From: a virus
Lineage: Duplodnaviria; Heunggongvirae; Uroviricota; Caudoviricetes
Strand: one strand, 5' to 3'
Virus record (IMG/VR): IMGVR_UViG_3300028800_000057
DNA: 64,000 nucleotides
Shown here: positions 36,633-47,716 of the stretch, one piece after another
Layout: each line of letters starts with the position of its first letter
How positions within the stretch are numbered: the first letter of the stretch is position 1
Notes under the pieces: model-generated
What the model was told of the DNA's origin: nothing
Database searches by the model: none
What the model saw: only the letters and a program-made list of their open reading frames with translations
Translations under genes and position numbers: made by a program

Positions 36633-38155
36633 TCATACCCAGTTGAGCTGGTACGTCTTCCAGCACCTGGGGCAATCCCCATTGACGTTGTCCACAGTAT
36701 CAGAGGGGTCGCCCAGCATCTTCGGTATCTTGCCCGAGATGAGCTGGACCACTGCCTGCAGCTCGATGACGCTCATAGGGAAAGCGCACGCGAGGGGAGC
36801 TCCCACTTCAACCTGGTCGCCGGTGACATTGACCAGAGTGATGTAGACGCCCCAGGTCGGGTCGTCGGGGAAGCTGTGATAGACCCTGGCTTGGTAGGAG
36901 TTAGCTCCTCCGGTCAGCTCGAACTGTTCAACAGTCATGGGCACTTGGCCTTCAGTACCTCAGTAATAACGGATGCTAGGAGTATGCTCAGCAGAATAGT
37001 CGAAAGGATTACCTCTCTACTGAACCCCAGGAGGTAGCCCATAGCAATGGAGGTTAGTGTGCAAGCAATGACACGGAGGATGATCAGTATCACCGGTGGC
37101 CCTTGAGGATGAAGGCGAGGATGACCACCGCTACCGAGAGCCCGTACCACACGTAGTGGCCTGGGAAGAACTTCTCAGGCTTGAGGGCTACGCCCGGCCC
37201 CATATTCGTTGTGAGCCAGCTGAGGAGGCCGGAGCACTCCTTCCCAAGTGAGTTCACCCCATGGACGAGGAGTCCGATGATGAGCAGTAGGGCCGCGATA
37301 ACGAGTAGGAGTAAGAAGGTCATGTCATCCTTATCATCTGCATGATGTGCTTGGCTTCGAACTGGATGAGGTCACCTAGGCGAGGTAGCTCTGGGTTGCA
37401 CATGGCATGGCTGTCGACCTCCCCAGTGTACTTCCCGGGCTCATGAACCTCGGTGACCACGATCCACATACGCTCGGACATTACCTCTGAGGCCTTGGAC
37501 TCGAAGATGACCTTTGCCACATCCCCCACATGGAGAGCTGTACGTTCTTCAACCGGTGGGATCTCGAACGTATTGGGGTGGGACTCAGCCCATCGTTCAG
37601 TGTCTGTGAGCTTCCAGTTCATGTCGTGTTGTTCTCTCCCGAGTACACTCGGTAGCCCAAGGCTCTCAACGCACCAGTGACAGTAGCGATGTCGTGGGCA
37701 TGCTGACGAGGCCCACGGGGGATCAGTGTTGGCACATACCCATACTCTCGACAGGCATTAACCAGCTGTTCAAACGTGTTGAACGCTGTGACGCGCGAGG
37801 TAGCTGCATCAAGGGCTGGATCAGTTGCCATCAGTTTCTCTTGGGTGAGTGCGTCGACTTCCTTCTTCTCACCAAGCTCTTGAAGGAAGTCACCCAACGT
37901 CTCATCACTCACATGGGTTGCCATAGATCCACTCTAGGGGAGAATGCTGAATCGTGCCAATCGAAGTACCTTCATGGCCTCGTAGTACTTGGTGCTGAAC
38001 CGAGGCATATCGAGGTGGCCCTCTTGAGTGAAGAGGCGCACATGATGCGCAAACTCTCTCCGGCGCTCAGCAGCCCTGAGCTTGAGGTCCATCCGACGGG
38101 TTCTTCGGTTTTCACGATTCGAGGCCTTGAAGCGCTTGTAGGTATTGAGATGCAT
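36633..38155 (-). other. Run of small minus-strand hypothetical genes incl. two membrane proteins (36633-36944, 36935-37150 region, 37090-37323, 37320-37622, 37619-37924, 37934-38155)
   Basis: Overlapping stop/start junctions; hydrophobic segments. Confidence 0.6.
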
Positions 38156-38175
38156 GAGGGCTAGTACACCGGAAG

Positions 38176-38715
38176 TTAGGCTGCATCAGGCTTTTTCCGC
38201 TCCCAAGGTCGGAGAGGGTAGCTGCAGTCGCCCAAGTTGATACCTGCACACTTCAGGGCATCGATCATGCTCTGAAGAATATCCTCTCCCTCTTGGGTAG
38301 TGGCTGCATGGATTGCCATGGCATTGCGCACAGAGAGTAACTCTTGTTCAGTGATCCCCCAGAAGGTTACCCCATAACCCTCGTCAGCTATCACGATCTT
38401 GCACTTCGGGTTTTCTGTGACTTCTTTGTTGTTCGTTGGCGCGCTCACTTCGTCTGCTTTGGGGGCTTGGGGCATAGAGGCCAGCCAATGCCCCATCTCA
38501 GTATTGAACTTCGCCCAGGCCGCCGCGGTCTTTGAGTTCCAAGTATCTGTCGCAAAGTCAAGCGCGCGAGCTCTCTTGACCAACTCAATGACCCTGCGAA
38601 CGACCACCCGCCGGTTCATCTTCTCTGATTCCACATACTCAGGTAGATGGCCCTTTACAGACAGCTTGGTACTCAGGTCCAGTAGCTCGTTCTTCAATCT
38701 TTTCAGGTACTTCAT
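38176..38715 (-). CDS. Hypothetical protein
   Basis: 179-aa ORF. Confidence 0.7.
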   Translation of the reverse strand: MKYLKRLKNELLDLSTKLSVKGHLPEYVESEKMNRRVVVRRVIELVKRARALDFATDTWNSKTAAAWAKFNTEMGHWLASMPQAPKADEVSAPTNNKEVTENPKCKIVIADEGYGVTFWGITEQELLSVRNAMAIHAATTQEGEDILQSMIDALKCAGINLGDCSYPLRPWERKKPDAA

Positions 38716-38938
38716 CGTTCTTCCTTCAACAGCTCAGGGGGTACGTTCTCACAAGGCACTCGGAAAGCTGAACCCATCCAGTAGCACATGCACATGTTGT
38801 GAACACGAGAATCCCGATGGTACTGGGGAGTGTCCCACGACACTTGAGTGCGCTTCGATCCAGCCCAGAATAGTATCCCGAACCCAAAGAGGACCATTAG
38901 GCCCACCGAAAAGTACAGGATGAGGTTGTGTCTGAGAA

Positions 38939-39442
38939 CTAAAGCCATACTTGAAGCTCAGAGTCAAAGTACTTCTTGGGCACCGGGCACACCTTGGACA
39001 CTAACTGTCGCACCTTTCCTGGGTCAACCTTATTCAACGAATCCAGCCCGATTGTCAAGGCTGCCTTCGTCACACGCCGGTGAGATACCGCCCCTTGGAC
39101 CCGCCTCCAGATCAGATCCACACCATCGAGTAACCCCTGTGTCGATGAACACTCGAGTACCAGCTCAGCCTTGATCTGTTTCTTGTGGCTCTTGACCCCC
39201 CGTGGTAACGGTGTCCGTAGGGGTGCCCACTGGTTGACCATCTTCAGGATGATACTCGTAGGCTTCTTTGATAGTAGTGCTATCCCCAATAGTATCGCTG
39301 TCTTAGCTATCCTATGCTTTGTAACGGTACACTTGATCCGGCCCTCACCTTTGCCCTTGGAGGCTTCATAAATCGTGTTCAGGATCTCAACACTCTCGAT
39401 GGTATTGCTCAGGTCTAGTACTGCGTTCCTACGAGTTGACAA
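38939..39442 (-). CDS. Basic hypothetical protein
   Basis: 167-aa Lys/Arg-rich ORF. Confidence 0.6.
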   Translation of the reverse strand: MSTRRNAVLDLSNTIESVEILNTIYEASKGKGEGRIKCTVTKHRIAKTAILLGIALLSKKPTSIILKMVNQWAPLRTPLPRGVKSHKKQIKAELVLECSSTQGLLDGVDLIWRRVQGAVSHRRVTKAALTIGLDSLNKVDPGKVRQLVSKVCPVPKKYFDSELQVWL

Positions 39443-39750
39443 GGTGGAAGGTTCTCTTGAATACCGGTTACAAACAATCGGTAAGGGTTACCACAGGTTA
39501 GGCTCAGTATCAATAGGCTTGTTTGCCGATATAACTGAACGTACGTGATGGTACAGGGCTTGTCTTATAGTGGCAAGAACGAAACACCAAAAAGAACAAT
39601 TGATGAATTTGGGCGCGCAAAGTTTAGGGCGTGGAGCAAGGTGCTAACATCCCACATGTCGAGGTTTGTTCTTGCGGCCTAATCTGGGGGTGAGTAGTAG
39701 TTACAAATGTCTCAAGAGTATCTAAGTACCTCTCGGTGTAGGGCAAGAGT

Positions 39751-40542
39751 ATGAAGGTGAGTCGCAAGATGTTCATCTCAAGGGCCAGTAGGGTTCATGG
39801 GGGGCAGTACGACTACTCACAGCTCCCGGCAGTGTTGGGGGCGACGGTGGCTCTCGTATGTCCAGAGCATGGTGCATTTGATAGGAGCACTCGTGATCAT
39901 CTGAAGGGGCGAGGGTGCCCACCCTGTGATGCCAAGAAGAAGCACCAAGAGGTGTTGGACAGGTTCGTTCAACAAGCTCGTAAGGTACACAAGGATCTAT
40001 ACAGTTACTCGAGAGTAGGAGACGCCCAGTTCCCATCAGTACTAATCACCTGCAGCAAGCATGGGGACTTTGAACAGAGCAAGTACAGTCACCTAAAGGG
40101 TAGTGGGTGTCCCCTGTGCAACCCTCCCTTCTATCACCCCTCTAAGATTGCAAACAGGTGGCTCGACTCCATTGGACTGCCTGATGATACTAGGCACAGA
40201 GAAGTCAGGGGGCTTATACCAGGTCGCCGCTTCACTGTGGATGGGTTCGATCCGGACACCAACACAGTCTACGAGTTCTACGGAGACGAGGTTCACGGTA
40301 ACCCCCGACTGTACTCTCCAGAGCTTCACAGTTCACTCTCGCACACGACCTACGGTGAGTTGTACCAACGGACACTCGCTAAGGAGCGCCTCATCACAGA
40401 GGCTGGATTCAAGCTCGTGACCATGTGGAGGTCAGACTTCGACGGGCTAGATCAACCCACCAAGGCTCAAGAGCTGTCACCAGCAGAGGTGACTCGAACT
40501 CTCGATGAGTTCATTCAGGACGCTCAGCTTGTAGTTCGTTGA
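39751..40542 (+). CDS. Homing-endonuclease-like protein: CxxHG repeats plus Vsr/DUF559-like PD-(D/E)xK domain
   Basis: Y.YS......CPEHG.F repeats; VDGFDPDTNTVYEFYGDEVHG. Confidence 0.8.
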   Translation: MKVSRKMFISRASRVHGGQYDYSQLPAVLGATVALVCPEHGAFDRSTRDHLKGRGCPPCDAKKKHQEVLDRFVQQARKVHKDLYSYSRVGDAQFPSVLITCSKHGDFEQSKYSHLKGSGCPLCNPPFYHPSKIANRWLDSIGLPDDTRHREVRGLIPGRRFTVDGFDPDTNTVYEFYGDEVHGNPRLYSPELHSSLSHTTYGELYQRTLAKERLITEAGFKLVTMWRSDFDGLDQPTKAQELSPAEVTRTLDEFIQDAQLVVR

Positions 40543-40903
40543 TAGGATCCTTCTACTGTATAACCATGTGCGCAAACCATGCTTTCATAGCTATAAGAAT
40601 GGATCTGTACTCTGCATACATGTAGTTTTGGCGCACGTTCATCGCGATAAGCACCAATGGTAACGAAAACTACATGTGATCCATAAAGTATTCGTTGATA
40701 CTCGGCCCCGATTGGTGTACTATCTAACTCGTACTAGTTCCTGATTGTTTCCTTTCGTGGACAGGTTGAGTGGCCCTCTTCAGTTGGCGCTGGAGGGGGC
40801 CGTTCCCTTTAAGCTTGTTGCTATTCGCCCTGGATTGGGATACTCTACCTCTTGCGTTACCTCACAATGACGCCTTCGAACGACCTCCTCGGGCTAACCA
40901 CCG

Positions 40904-42259
40904 ATGGAGGTCGTTCCCTTTAATAATCCGTTTCTACTCAATCTTGGGGGTATGGAAAACCACGAAGAACTAGCTTCTGAGCACCCAACTAACCCTTGCC
41001 CTGCTCCCATACCAGAAGGACAGGTCCAACAAGCTATCCCCGAGGAGCTGCTTCGAACTGTAGTTGACGAGCTGAGGGGTATACGAGCCGATCTATCCGC
41101 CTTGGGTGATATGCGACAACTCGTCAAGGACCTGGTGAACTCCTTCTTGAACTTAGAGCCTCGAGTGGCGAAACTAGAGCACGATGCTGCACATGGGTTC
41201 GGTATTTGCAAGTACCACCATGATGGGGAAGTCAATAAGGACGTCTAACCCATATTAGTCGTTGAGATCCGGTCCCTGTCGTGCGTAATAGGGATCATGA
41301 GACATCAACGAGCATACACGATGAGAAGTACCCGTAGACGCCCACCATCACCCGAGAGTTTAGCCCGCGCAGTCAGAGGGGTTATGGGGTTGAAGGATAC
41401 AGATCCACTACCTACGCCCGAGGAGTTAGAGGCAGCCCTCCTTCCTCACGTAGACAAGGTCATGCCCAATGGCCTTGTGCTTCGAATGACCAGGGACACG
41501 GACGGTACACCCATGTTCGGAGTTGAGAAGGTCCAACCCACTCTCACATCAAACCCATGACCTTGAACCCGACCACCGAGAACAACGCCCAGCCCTTCAC
41601 CGGTAGTCAGAGGGTCATCCTGGAGAAGCGGACCCCTGAAGGCATCCTAGACCTGTCCGATCCCCAGCCCCCGCTCAAGGTCCATGATGTCGACGGCCGA
41701 GGACGTGGTACGCCCCGGGACCTCACCTTCGACGACGTCTACCGGATGATGTTCGATGCATGCCCAGACGCCCAAGGCTCCTGGGAGACACTCCGAGCTT
41801 GGCTCGACTCCAAGAGCTGGGTCGTAAGAGCCAAGACATGGTGAAGTACCGTAAGCTCTCAGAGCGAGACATCCTCCGGTGGGATGACGAGTACCGTCCA
41901 TACCCCGAGAGGATGTGGATGAAGGTCCACGGACCCGCTACAGGCTCACTCCATACGGTAGGGCTCCACCCGTACCCAGGGTTCGAGTACCGAAGGAAGA
42001 TACCATGCCCCAAATCATCGAACTGAACCGTCGGCTCTTCATCGAGTGGTCCAAAGGGACGCTCCTGAAGCGGGACCGTAATGGCAAGTGCATCGTCCTA
42101 GACGGCTCCGACTTCGCCCGTCAGTGCGAAGGGGTGGAAGCGGCTCTTGACCAAGGCGCTACGCTCTACCTCACAGACGATGCCGGCAAGCGTATCACCA
42201 AGATCACCTCCGACGGTAAGGGCTACGAAGAAGAGCTCCTAGACGAAGATTCTTGTTGA
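40904..42259 (+). other. Run of small + strand hypothetical genes (40904-41248, 41297-41560, 41557-41844, ~41838-42026, ~42002-42259)
   Basis: Coupled ORFs; class A promoter at 41262. Confidence 0.6.
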
Positions 42260-43775
42260 GAACGACACCCCCCATGCGTAATACCTGATGTGAGCTGATA
42301 CCCCCACCCATGGCGGGCTAAGCTCTTAGTTGGTTGACAGGCCCCAGGGGCGTCATGACCATGGTGGGTTGTGACGCCCTTGGTTTACCCTGGACCACTT
42401 ACCCTCGGGGGTTACATGGACAACAGTAGTATTCCCAAGCTGCTCAAGTTGAACTGGATGCAGTCATTAGTTGATGGGAAGCCCTGCGGGCCCGCCTTCG
42501 CATACCAAGGCCTGTGGGTGTACAAGAAGGAAGACGGCTCAATATTCAGGATGCGATTGAGCCAGGCCGCTTCCATGGAAGACATCAGGCCTTGCTGGCA
42601 GCCCATCAAGGTACAGGAGGTGTCCTGCACCCTAGTACCCCCACCGGCTACCCTAACCAAAGATCCCATGTACTTTGACCCGGCCTCCTTACTCGAAGAT
42701 AAGTGACCACACCATCACCTAAGTACATACTTTACCTACTACAACACTACTCACCTACTATAACGCCCGTGTTCTATTGTAGTTGTGTGATGAGCCCTGC
42801 ACTCCTTCAGTGTATTGTGTGGTTAGTGTGAGTGAGTAGTGAGTAACACAGTGTATTGTGTGTATACCCACACCTAACCTGCGCTGAGCGCCTGTTGTGT
42901 GTGGGTTGTGTGTATAGTGTAAATTCGATCCATTATCTTTTCGGTCGTCCGGACAGGGGGCTTAACCGCGTATTCAGTTTACGTACGATGGAGGTGAGGT
43001 AGAAGGATATTTCCGGGGTTCTCTCAGGGCGCCTTCGGCGCGATGAAGGACAGGGAAAGTATCCAAACAGACCCCCACCCCCCTAAAAGGGGACCCAAAG
43101 GGAGGGTGTGCGACCTTAAATTTTCTATGGGGCGGATATTTTTTCTGACAGGCCCATAATTCCAAGGTAGTGTGCTCGATTCAGGTGGTGTATCCAGAGC
43201 CCATGCCCATTGAAGCGAAGAATCTGCCTATTGTCTATGCGCACCTAGCTCCTGACGGACGTCTCTTGGATGCCAGGACGGAGGCACCGGTGTCGTGGGA
43301 GACGACTGGTGGTAAGGTTCATGAGTACGTGGTTCTGGTGGACTGGTTGTGGTCCGACGGGCCAGGGTTCGAGCTACCAGAAGAGGGGAAGGCGGTGGTG
43401 TGCAAGGTGATGACGATGGCCACTGGGTTGGAGGTACCTGACCGGATGCGGTACGCGTCCTATCCGAGTTGGAGTGGTATGTTTGGGTACCCATCTATGT
43501 GGGGTCGATGGGGGTGGAAGTACTTGGAGCCTTGAATGAAAAAGTTCCTTGTTGGTAAGTCTAGGGTCACTAACGATGTTGGAGGGGTCTCGTAGGAACT
43601 ACTCTTGGGCCGAGTGTAGTGGGACTGGATATCATCAGGATCGTCCAGTGTGGTTAGCGGTCTGGTTGATGATCATTGCTGACAACACGCTTCACCTGAT
43701 CTGTAATGGCCTCGCCCTGAAGTTTCTCTGAAAAAACTGATTGAGAGGACCTAACCCTCGCGCGTAATAGAGAGC

Positions 43776-43994
43776 ATGGCTACCAAGACCAAGTTAACAT
43801 CGGCGCAAGTTCGTACCCTCAGTGAGATTATCAAGCTAGCTGATGAGGGGTCTCGCAGGTATTACTGTGTCGTTGAGTACAAGCCGGCGCAAGCCCTTCT
43901 CAAGCTTGGTTATGTGAAGAAGGTCGAGGGGTTAGGTGACGAGTACCGGATGGCTCTAGTGCCGACGGTTGAGGGGCGTGGGGCGGTAGTGTGA
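43776..43994 (+). CDS. Small winged-helix-like protein
   Basis: LTSAQ.R.L...L.KLGYV...T.EGR; class A promoter at 43741. Confidence 0.65.
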   Translation: MATKTKLTSAQVRTLSEIIKLADEGSRRYYCVVEYKPAQALLKLGYVKKVEGLGDEYRMALVPTVEGRGAVV

Positions 43995-43996
43995 GT

Positions 43997-44797
43997 CTAT
44001 TCGAGATCTGCTTCCCGGATGAGTCTAGTCATCTTCAGGAGTGCTCGGGCTTTAGTTTGACTGACTAGAGGTTCTGAGACGCCCCAGGAGGTGGCGAGAT
44101 CCGCGAACTTGTCACCGGAGGCTAGGGCCTCGATGACTTGTCGTTCTCGGTCGCTGAAGGGGATTGAGTCGACTTGTTGGAGAATGTTCCGGAAGTGGAG
44201 GGTTTTGTCTTGAGTGGGTGAGTTGGACTGGATAACAGTGTACTCAATGTCCTCAAACCTAGGTTTGTCATCGGCCTTCATCAATCGGCGGGGGATCTTG
44301 GACTCGACTCGGATCTCATCCCATACTTGACCTCGAATACGGAGGCGGGCGTAACCGGGGAATGATGCCTCCTCGCCGGTGAAGCGGGTGCAGGCGTCCC
44401 ATAGGCCGATGGTCCCGAAGTGTTCGAGGGTCTTGAGGTCGTAGCTGTGGCACAGCTTGCGGATGAGGATTCGGGCTTCGAGGTTGACCAGGTGCAGGTT
44501 AGCTTGGAAGCGTTCCTGGAGTGGATCTCGGGGCTTGATGGGTTCTGGGGCGCCGATGGTGATGAACCTAGCAGGGTGGACGATAGCCTGGACCTTGAAC
44601 TCACTCATATCGATTACCAAGCCCTTACGGCGGGAGTGGTAAATCTTCATCGAGTCGGAGCGAGAAATCTTCCCTGTGTGGGTGATGACGGTTTCCCGGT
44701 GAAGCCCAGTCATCTTTGAGATCTGGCGCAGGCTAAACCCTTGGTTGCGAAGTCGTGCGGCTTCGTCAAGGCGTTTGGGGTCAGAGAAGTTGGCCAT
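43997..44797 (-). CDS. FliA/WhiG-like sigma-70 family factor with an extra N-terminal HTH
   Basis: Region 2 GTIGLWDA..RF.....F.GYA.LRIRGQ.WDEIR; region 4 SDRERQVI...LA..WGVSE..VSQ...RAL; N-terminal G.SLRQIS..TGLHR.TV. Confidence 0.85.
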   Translation of the reverse strand: MANFSDPKRLDEAARLRNQGFSLRQISKMTGLHRETVITHTGKISRSDSMKIYHSRRKGLVIDMSEFKVQAIVHPARFITIGAPEPIKPRDPLQERFQANLHLVNLEARILIRKLCHSYDLKTLEHFGTIGLWDACTRFTGEEASFPGYARLRIRGQVWDEIRVESKIPRRLMKADDKPRFEDIEYTVIQSNSPTQDKTLHFRNILQQVDSIPFSDRERQVIEALASGDKFADLATSWGVSEPLVSQTKARALLKMTRLIREADLE

Positions 44798-44890
44798 GCT
44801 CGGGCTTCACTAACTACCCCGGGACAGAAGGATTACTCCTAGGCTATGAGAGGCTGGATAACTTGCTTATAGCTGGCCTAGTTAGGTTTT

Positions 44891-45901
44891 ATGCCACGCA
44901 AGTTCCTGTACTCACTTCATGCACTAGTTGAGAACTATGGTTCCAACCAAGTAACCCACTTGGTTGGTTCGGGGACTGGAGGTTGGACCGTGGTTGGTAA
45001 TATCACGGCGGGACCAAGCTCCAACAACCTATCCTCGCTCGCCTCCAACATTCAGGGATCTCGGGTATTGTACGCCAACTACGGGGGTGGTGTCGTCCCG
45101 CTGGATTACAATGGAGTTACTTGGGTCCCAGGAACGTTAGTACCACAGGGTGGTGGAAACTGTGCAGCTGTAGCAATGTCAGATGACGGGCTCCACGCAT
45201 TATCAGGGGGAGACTTTTCAAGCGGTGTTACCCCTTACGACTTCAATACAGGGACTAATCTTTGGGAAGCGAGGCCTGTAGTTAGCATTCCGTCAGCACA
45301 CTTCAATTCAGTTAGTATAACTAGGGATGGTTCGAGAGCGTTAGCTACTCCAAAATGGGAATCTCACGTCTACCCGCTATTTAGAGACCCAGGTACAGGG
45401 ATCTGGACCGTAGGCACTGGCATCCCACTTACCGGAGCTGCTGAGAAGTTCTTTTGTAGTGGGATCTCTCCTTCTGGTGATGCTGCCATTATTGGTAGTT
45501 GTAACTCCAACTTCCACTCAGATTGTCTTGCTTGGAATGGGTCTTCCTGGGACCATTCTACAGTACCGGTTGTTCTTAGAAGTGTCAGTTGGCGTCCGGA
45601 TGGGTTATCCGCAATTGGAGGGGGCGGTGAGGATGAGCCTGGAGTTATTCGCACAGTCAACTTTGATCCTGTCACCAAGATCTTCACCCCGGGTCAAGTC
45701 ATAACCGGGTTCAACACTGTTGTATCGGTTGCTGTCGCCAACGATGGGATTGGTAATACAGCACTAGCAACAGACTTCTACGGTAATATCGTGACTCCGC
45801 TCAGCTACTCGATGGTTACTGGACTTTGGACTGCTGGGGCCTCTATTTCAAGTACAGACTTCACTAACCCTTGGAACATGCTAGTGTTCCCCATCTGGTG
45901 A
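44891..45901 (+). CDS. Beta-propeller protein
   Basis: Repeated blades with [VI].[ISW].[PRD]DG motifs and spaced Trp. Confidence 0.75.
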   Translation: MPRKFLYSLHALVENYGSNQVTHLVGSGTGGWTVVGNITAGPSSNNLSSLASNIQGSRVLYANYGGGVVPLDYNGVTWVPGTLVPQGGGNCAAVAMSDDGLHALSGGDFSSGVTPYDFNTGTNLWEARPVVSIPSAHFNSVSITRDGSRALATPKWESHVYPLFRDPGTGIWTVGTGIPLTGAAEKFFCSGISPSGDAAIIGSCNSNFHSDCLAWNGSSWDHSTVPVVLRSVSWRPDGLSAIGGGGEDEPGVIRTVNFDPVTKIFTPGQVITGFNTVVSVAVANDGIGNTALATDFYGNIVTPLSYSMVTGLWTAGASISSTDFTNPWNMLVFPIW

Positions 45902-46229
45902 GGTTACTAGGCGAGGAGTGCGCTCAGCTTCATCTCGGCGGTTACCAGCTTCTGCTGCCGGCGCGCGATGGATCGTCTAACCCTAGATTCTAGACTGCAG
46001 GAGCGGCCATTGTGACGGTACCGATCAGTTGGTTTGACTTGGCTGAGTACCTGTTCGCTATGTCGAATCCCGCTCATCTGGTTGTTCATGTACATCCTGA
46101 TTGAAATCTCGGCAAAGAACAGGGCATTCGTAATTGGTTGGTATCTCATACCCTGTATTACGCACGGTGGTCAAAGATCTCAACGTAATTTTAGTTGAGT
46201 TCAGCCCATCCTCGCGCGTAATATTAACC

Positions 46230-46469
46230 ATGAAGAAGAATCAAGACCCAAAAGAGGCTATGAAGAGCCTTATCTCCGATGCCCGAGAGCATGCAGCCTC
46301 AATCGAAGCTGCATGTAAGATCCTGGAAAACGCCCTCAATGGGGTTGACCCAGAGCACAAAGAGTTCCTGGATAAGATGGCTGAGCTGTATGATGGTCGT
46401 CTGGTAGTCAACAAGCTTCGCACAGTTCTCCAAACTAACTTTGTCAGGACGTCAACCTCGTCGAGGTAA
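46230..46469 (+). CDS. Hypothetical protein, probably leaderless
   Basis: TTGAGT-N16-CGTAAT-N7-ATG 46230. Confidence 0.65.
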   Translation: MKKNQDPKEAMKSLISDAREHAASIEAACKILENALNGVDPEHKEFLDKMAELYDGRLVVNKLRTVLQTNFVRTSTSSR

Positions 46470-46884
46470 TACCCCATGCCCAAAGACAAGAGCACGTGTT
46501 GGCATACTCACCGAAGCGTTCCCCATACTATTCCAATCAAGGCTGAAGGATCTCAGGAGATCATTGGTGAGGCCACGCTCCGGGTATGCCTCGAATGTGG
46601 TCAGGTCGAAGGGTCGGTATCAAACGGATCCCTTCTCAACCCTTCGGGTAGCTTGCCACTGACTGTGCCCAAAGGCATTGACATTGGGGTAGCGGCCCGC
46701 AAGGTACTTGGGAATGCCTAACCACGAGCCTAATACTGTCTTTACCATCTCGGTGCTTAAGATAACCCAGTCGTACCTGACTGTTGAAGTAATCCTCTTG
46801 AACCTACTCTCCGGGATGATTTTTACCTACTGGGTTATCCGTTTATTTGATTGAGATCTGTGCCTCTCGCGCGTAATAAGGGGC

Positions 46885-47370
46885 ATGGCAAGAAAGATCA
46901 TCCTCCCAGTGGTAGTAGCACTCCTGGTACTAGACTTCGTGTTTAGCGTGTACGCTTCATCACTTACGCCTTCTGCCAAGAACATCTGTAGTCAGCTGCA
47001 AAGCAAGGGGTTGGTGAAGGATTGCCAACAGGGGACTCCGTGGGCCTTCGAGGTAGTAAGGCACGAGCCTCAATGGAGGTTCTACCCGACCAGCCCTGAG
47101 TTATTCGGGTGCTACCGCATCTCAAAGATTGGGTCGTGGGAGCGGTGTTACTTCGAGGGCGCAATCACTCAATTTGCTAGCGTGAGTGACCTCGACGCTG
47201 CAGTCACTCAGATCACTAATGCGCATCACCACGAAAACCTTGATAAATTTGCTGACATAGTAAGAGCTGACACCACACTAGAACATCACACAGTGTATGC
47301 TTATGCTAAGCATCGAATGCTAATTCTGATGCCGAGGACCGAGAAGGGGTACTCGTCGAAAATGAGATAG
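46885..47370 (+). CDS. Secreted/membrane-anchored protein
   Basis: Signal-like N-terminus; class A promoter. Confidence 0.7.
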   Translation: MARKIILPVVVALLVLDFVFSVYASSLTPSAKNICSQLQSKGLVKDCQQGTPWAFEVVRHEPQWRFYPTSPELFGCYRISKIGSWERCYFEGAITQFASVSDLDAAVTQITNAHHHENLDKFADIVRADTTLEHHTVYAYAKHRMLILMPRTEKGYSSKMR

Positions 47371-47716
47371 AGAGCTTACTTGGACCGAGTGACTAACTCC
47401 AATTCTGGTTGAGATCCACCCCTCTCGCGCGTAATAGTGGACATGGCAAGAATCACTCCTTTCTCGGTTGGTCAGCGCTGGTATTGTGACAACTCGGCTA
47501 CGGGGCGACCGAGCTTTACGTTCGTGATTCTTGGCCCTGGGTTCAAGTCTTATGAAAAGCGATGCCGGTTGGAGTATGATGACCCGCGACACCCACATCA
47601 TAATCTTGATGGTGAATACACACATAAGCACCTCAAGAAGTATGGCAAGCTTGTTTACACGGCCAAAACTTAGTACCTCTTAGCTTAACAACTCAAAACA
47701 AGAAAAGGGAAGACAA

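Noticed and set aside
43060-43150. cos-like packaging end (CCCCC/GGGG runs, AAATTTTC)
   Set aside because: Resemblance is only impressionistic; no terminase gene nearby; needs read-termini data
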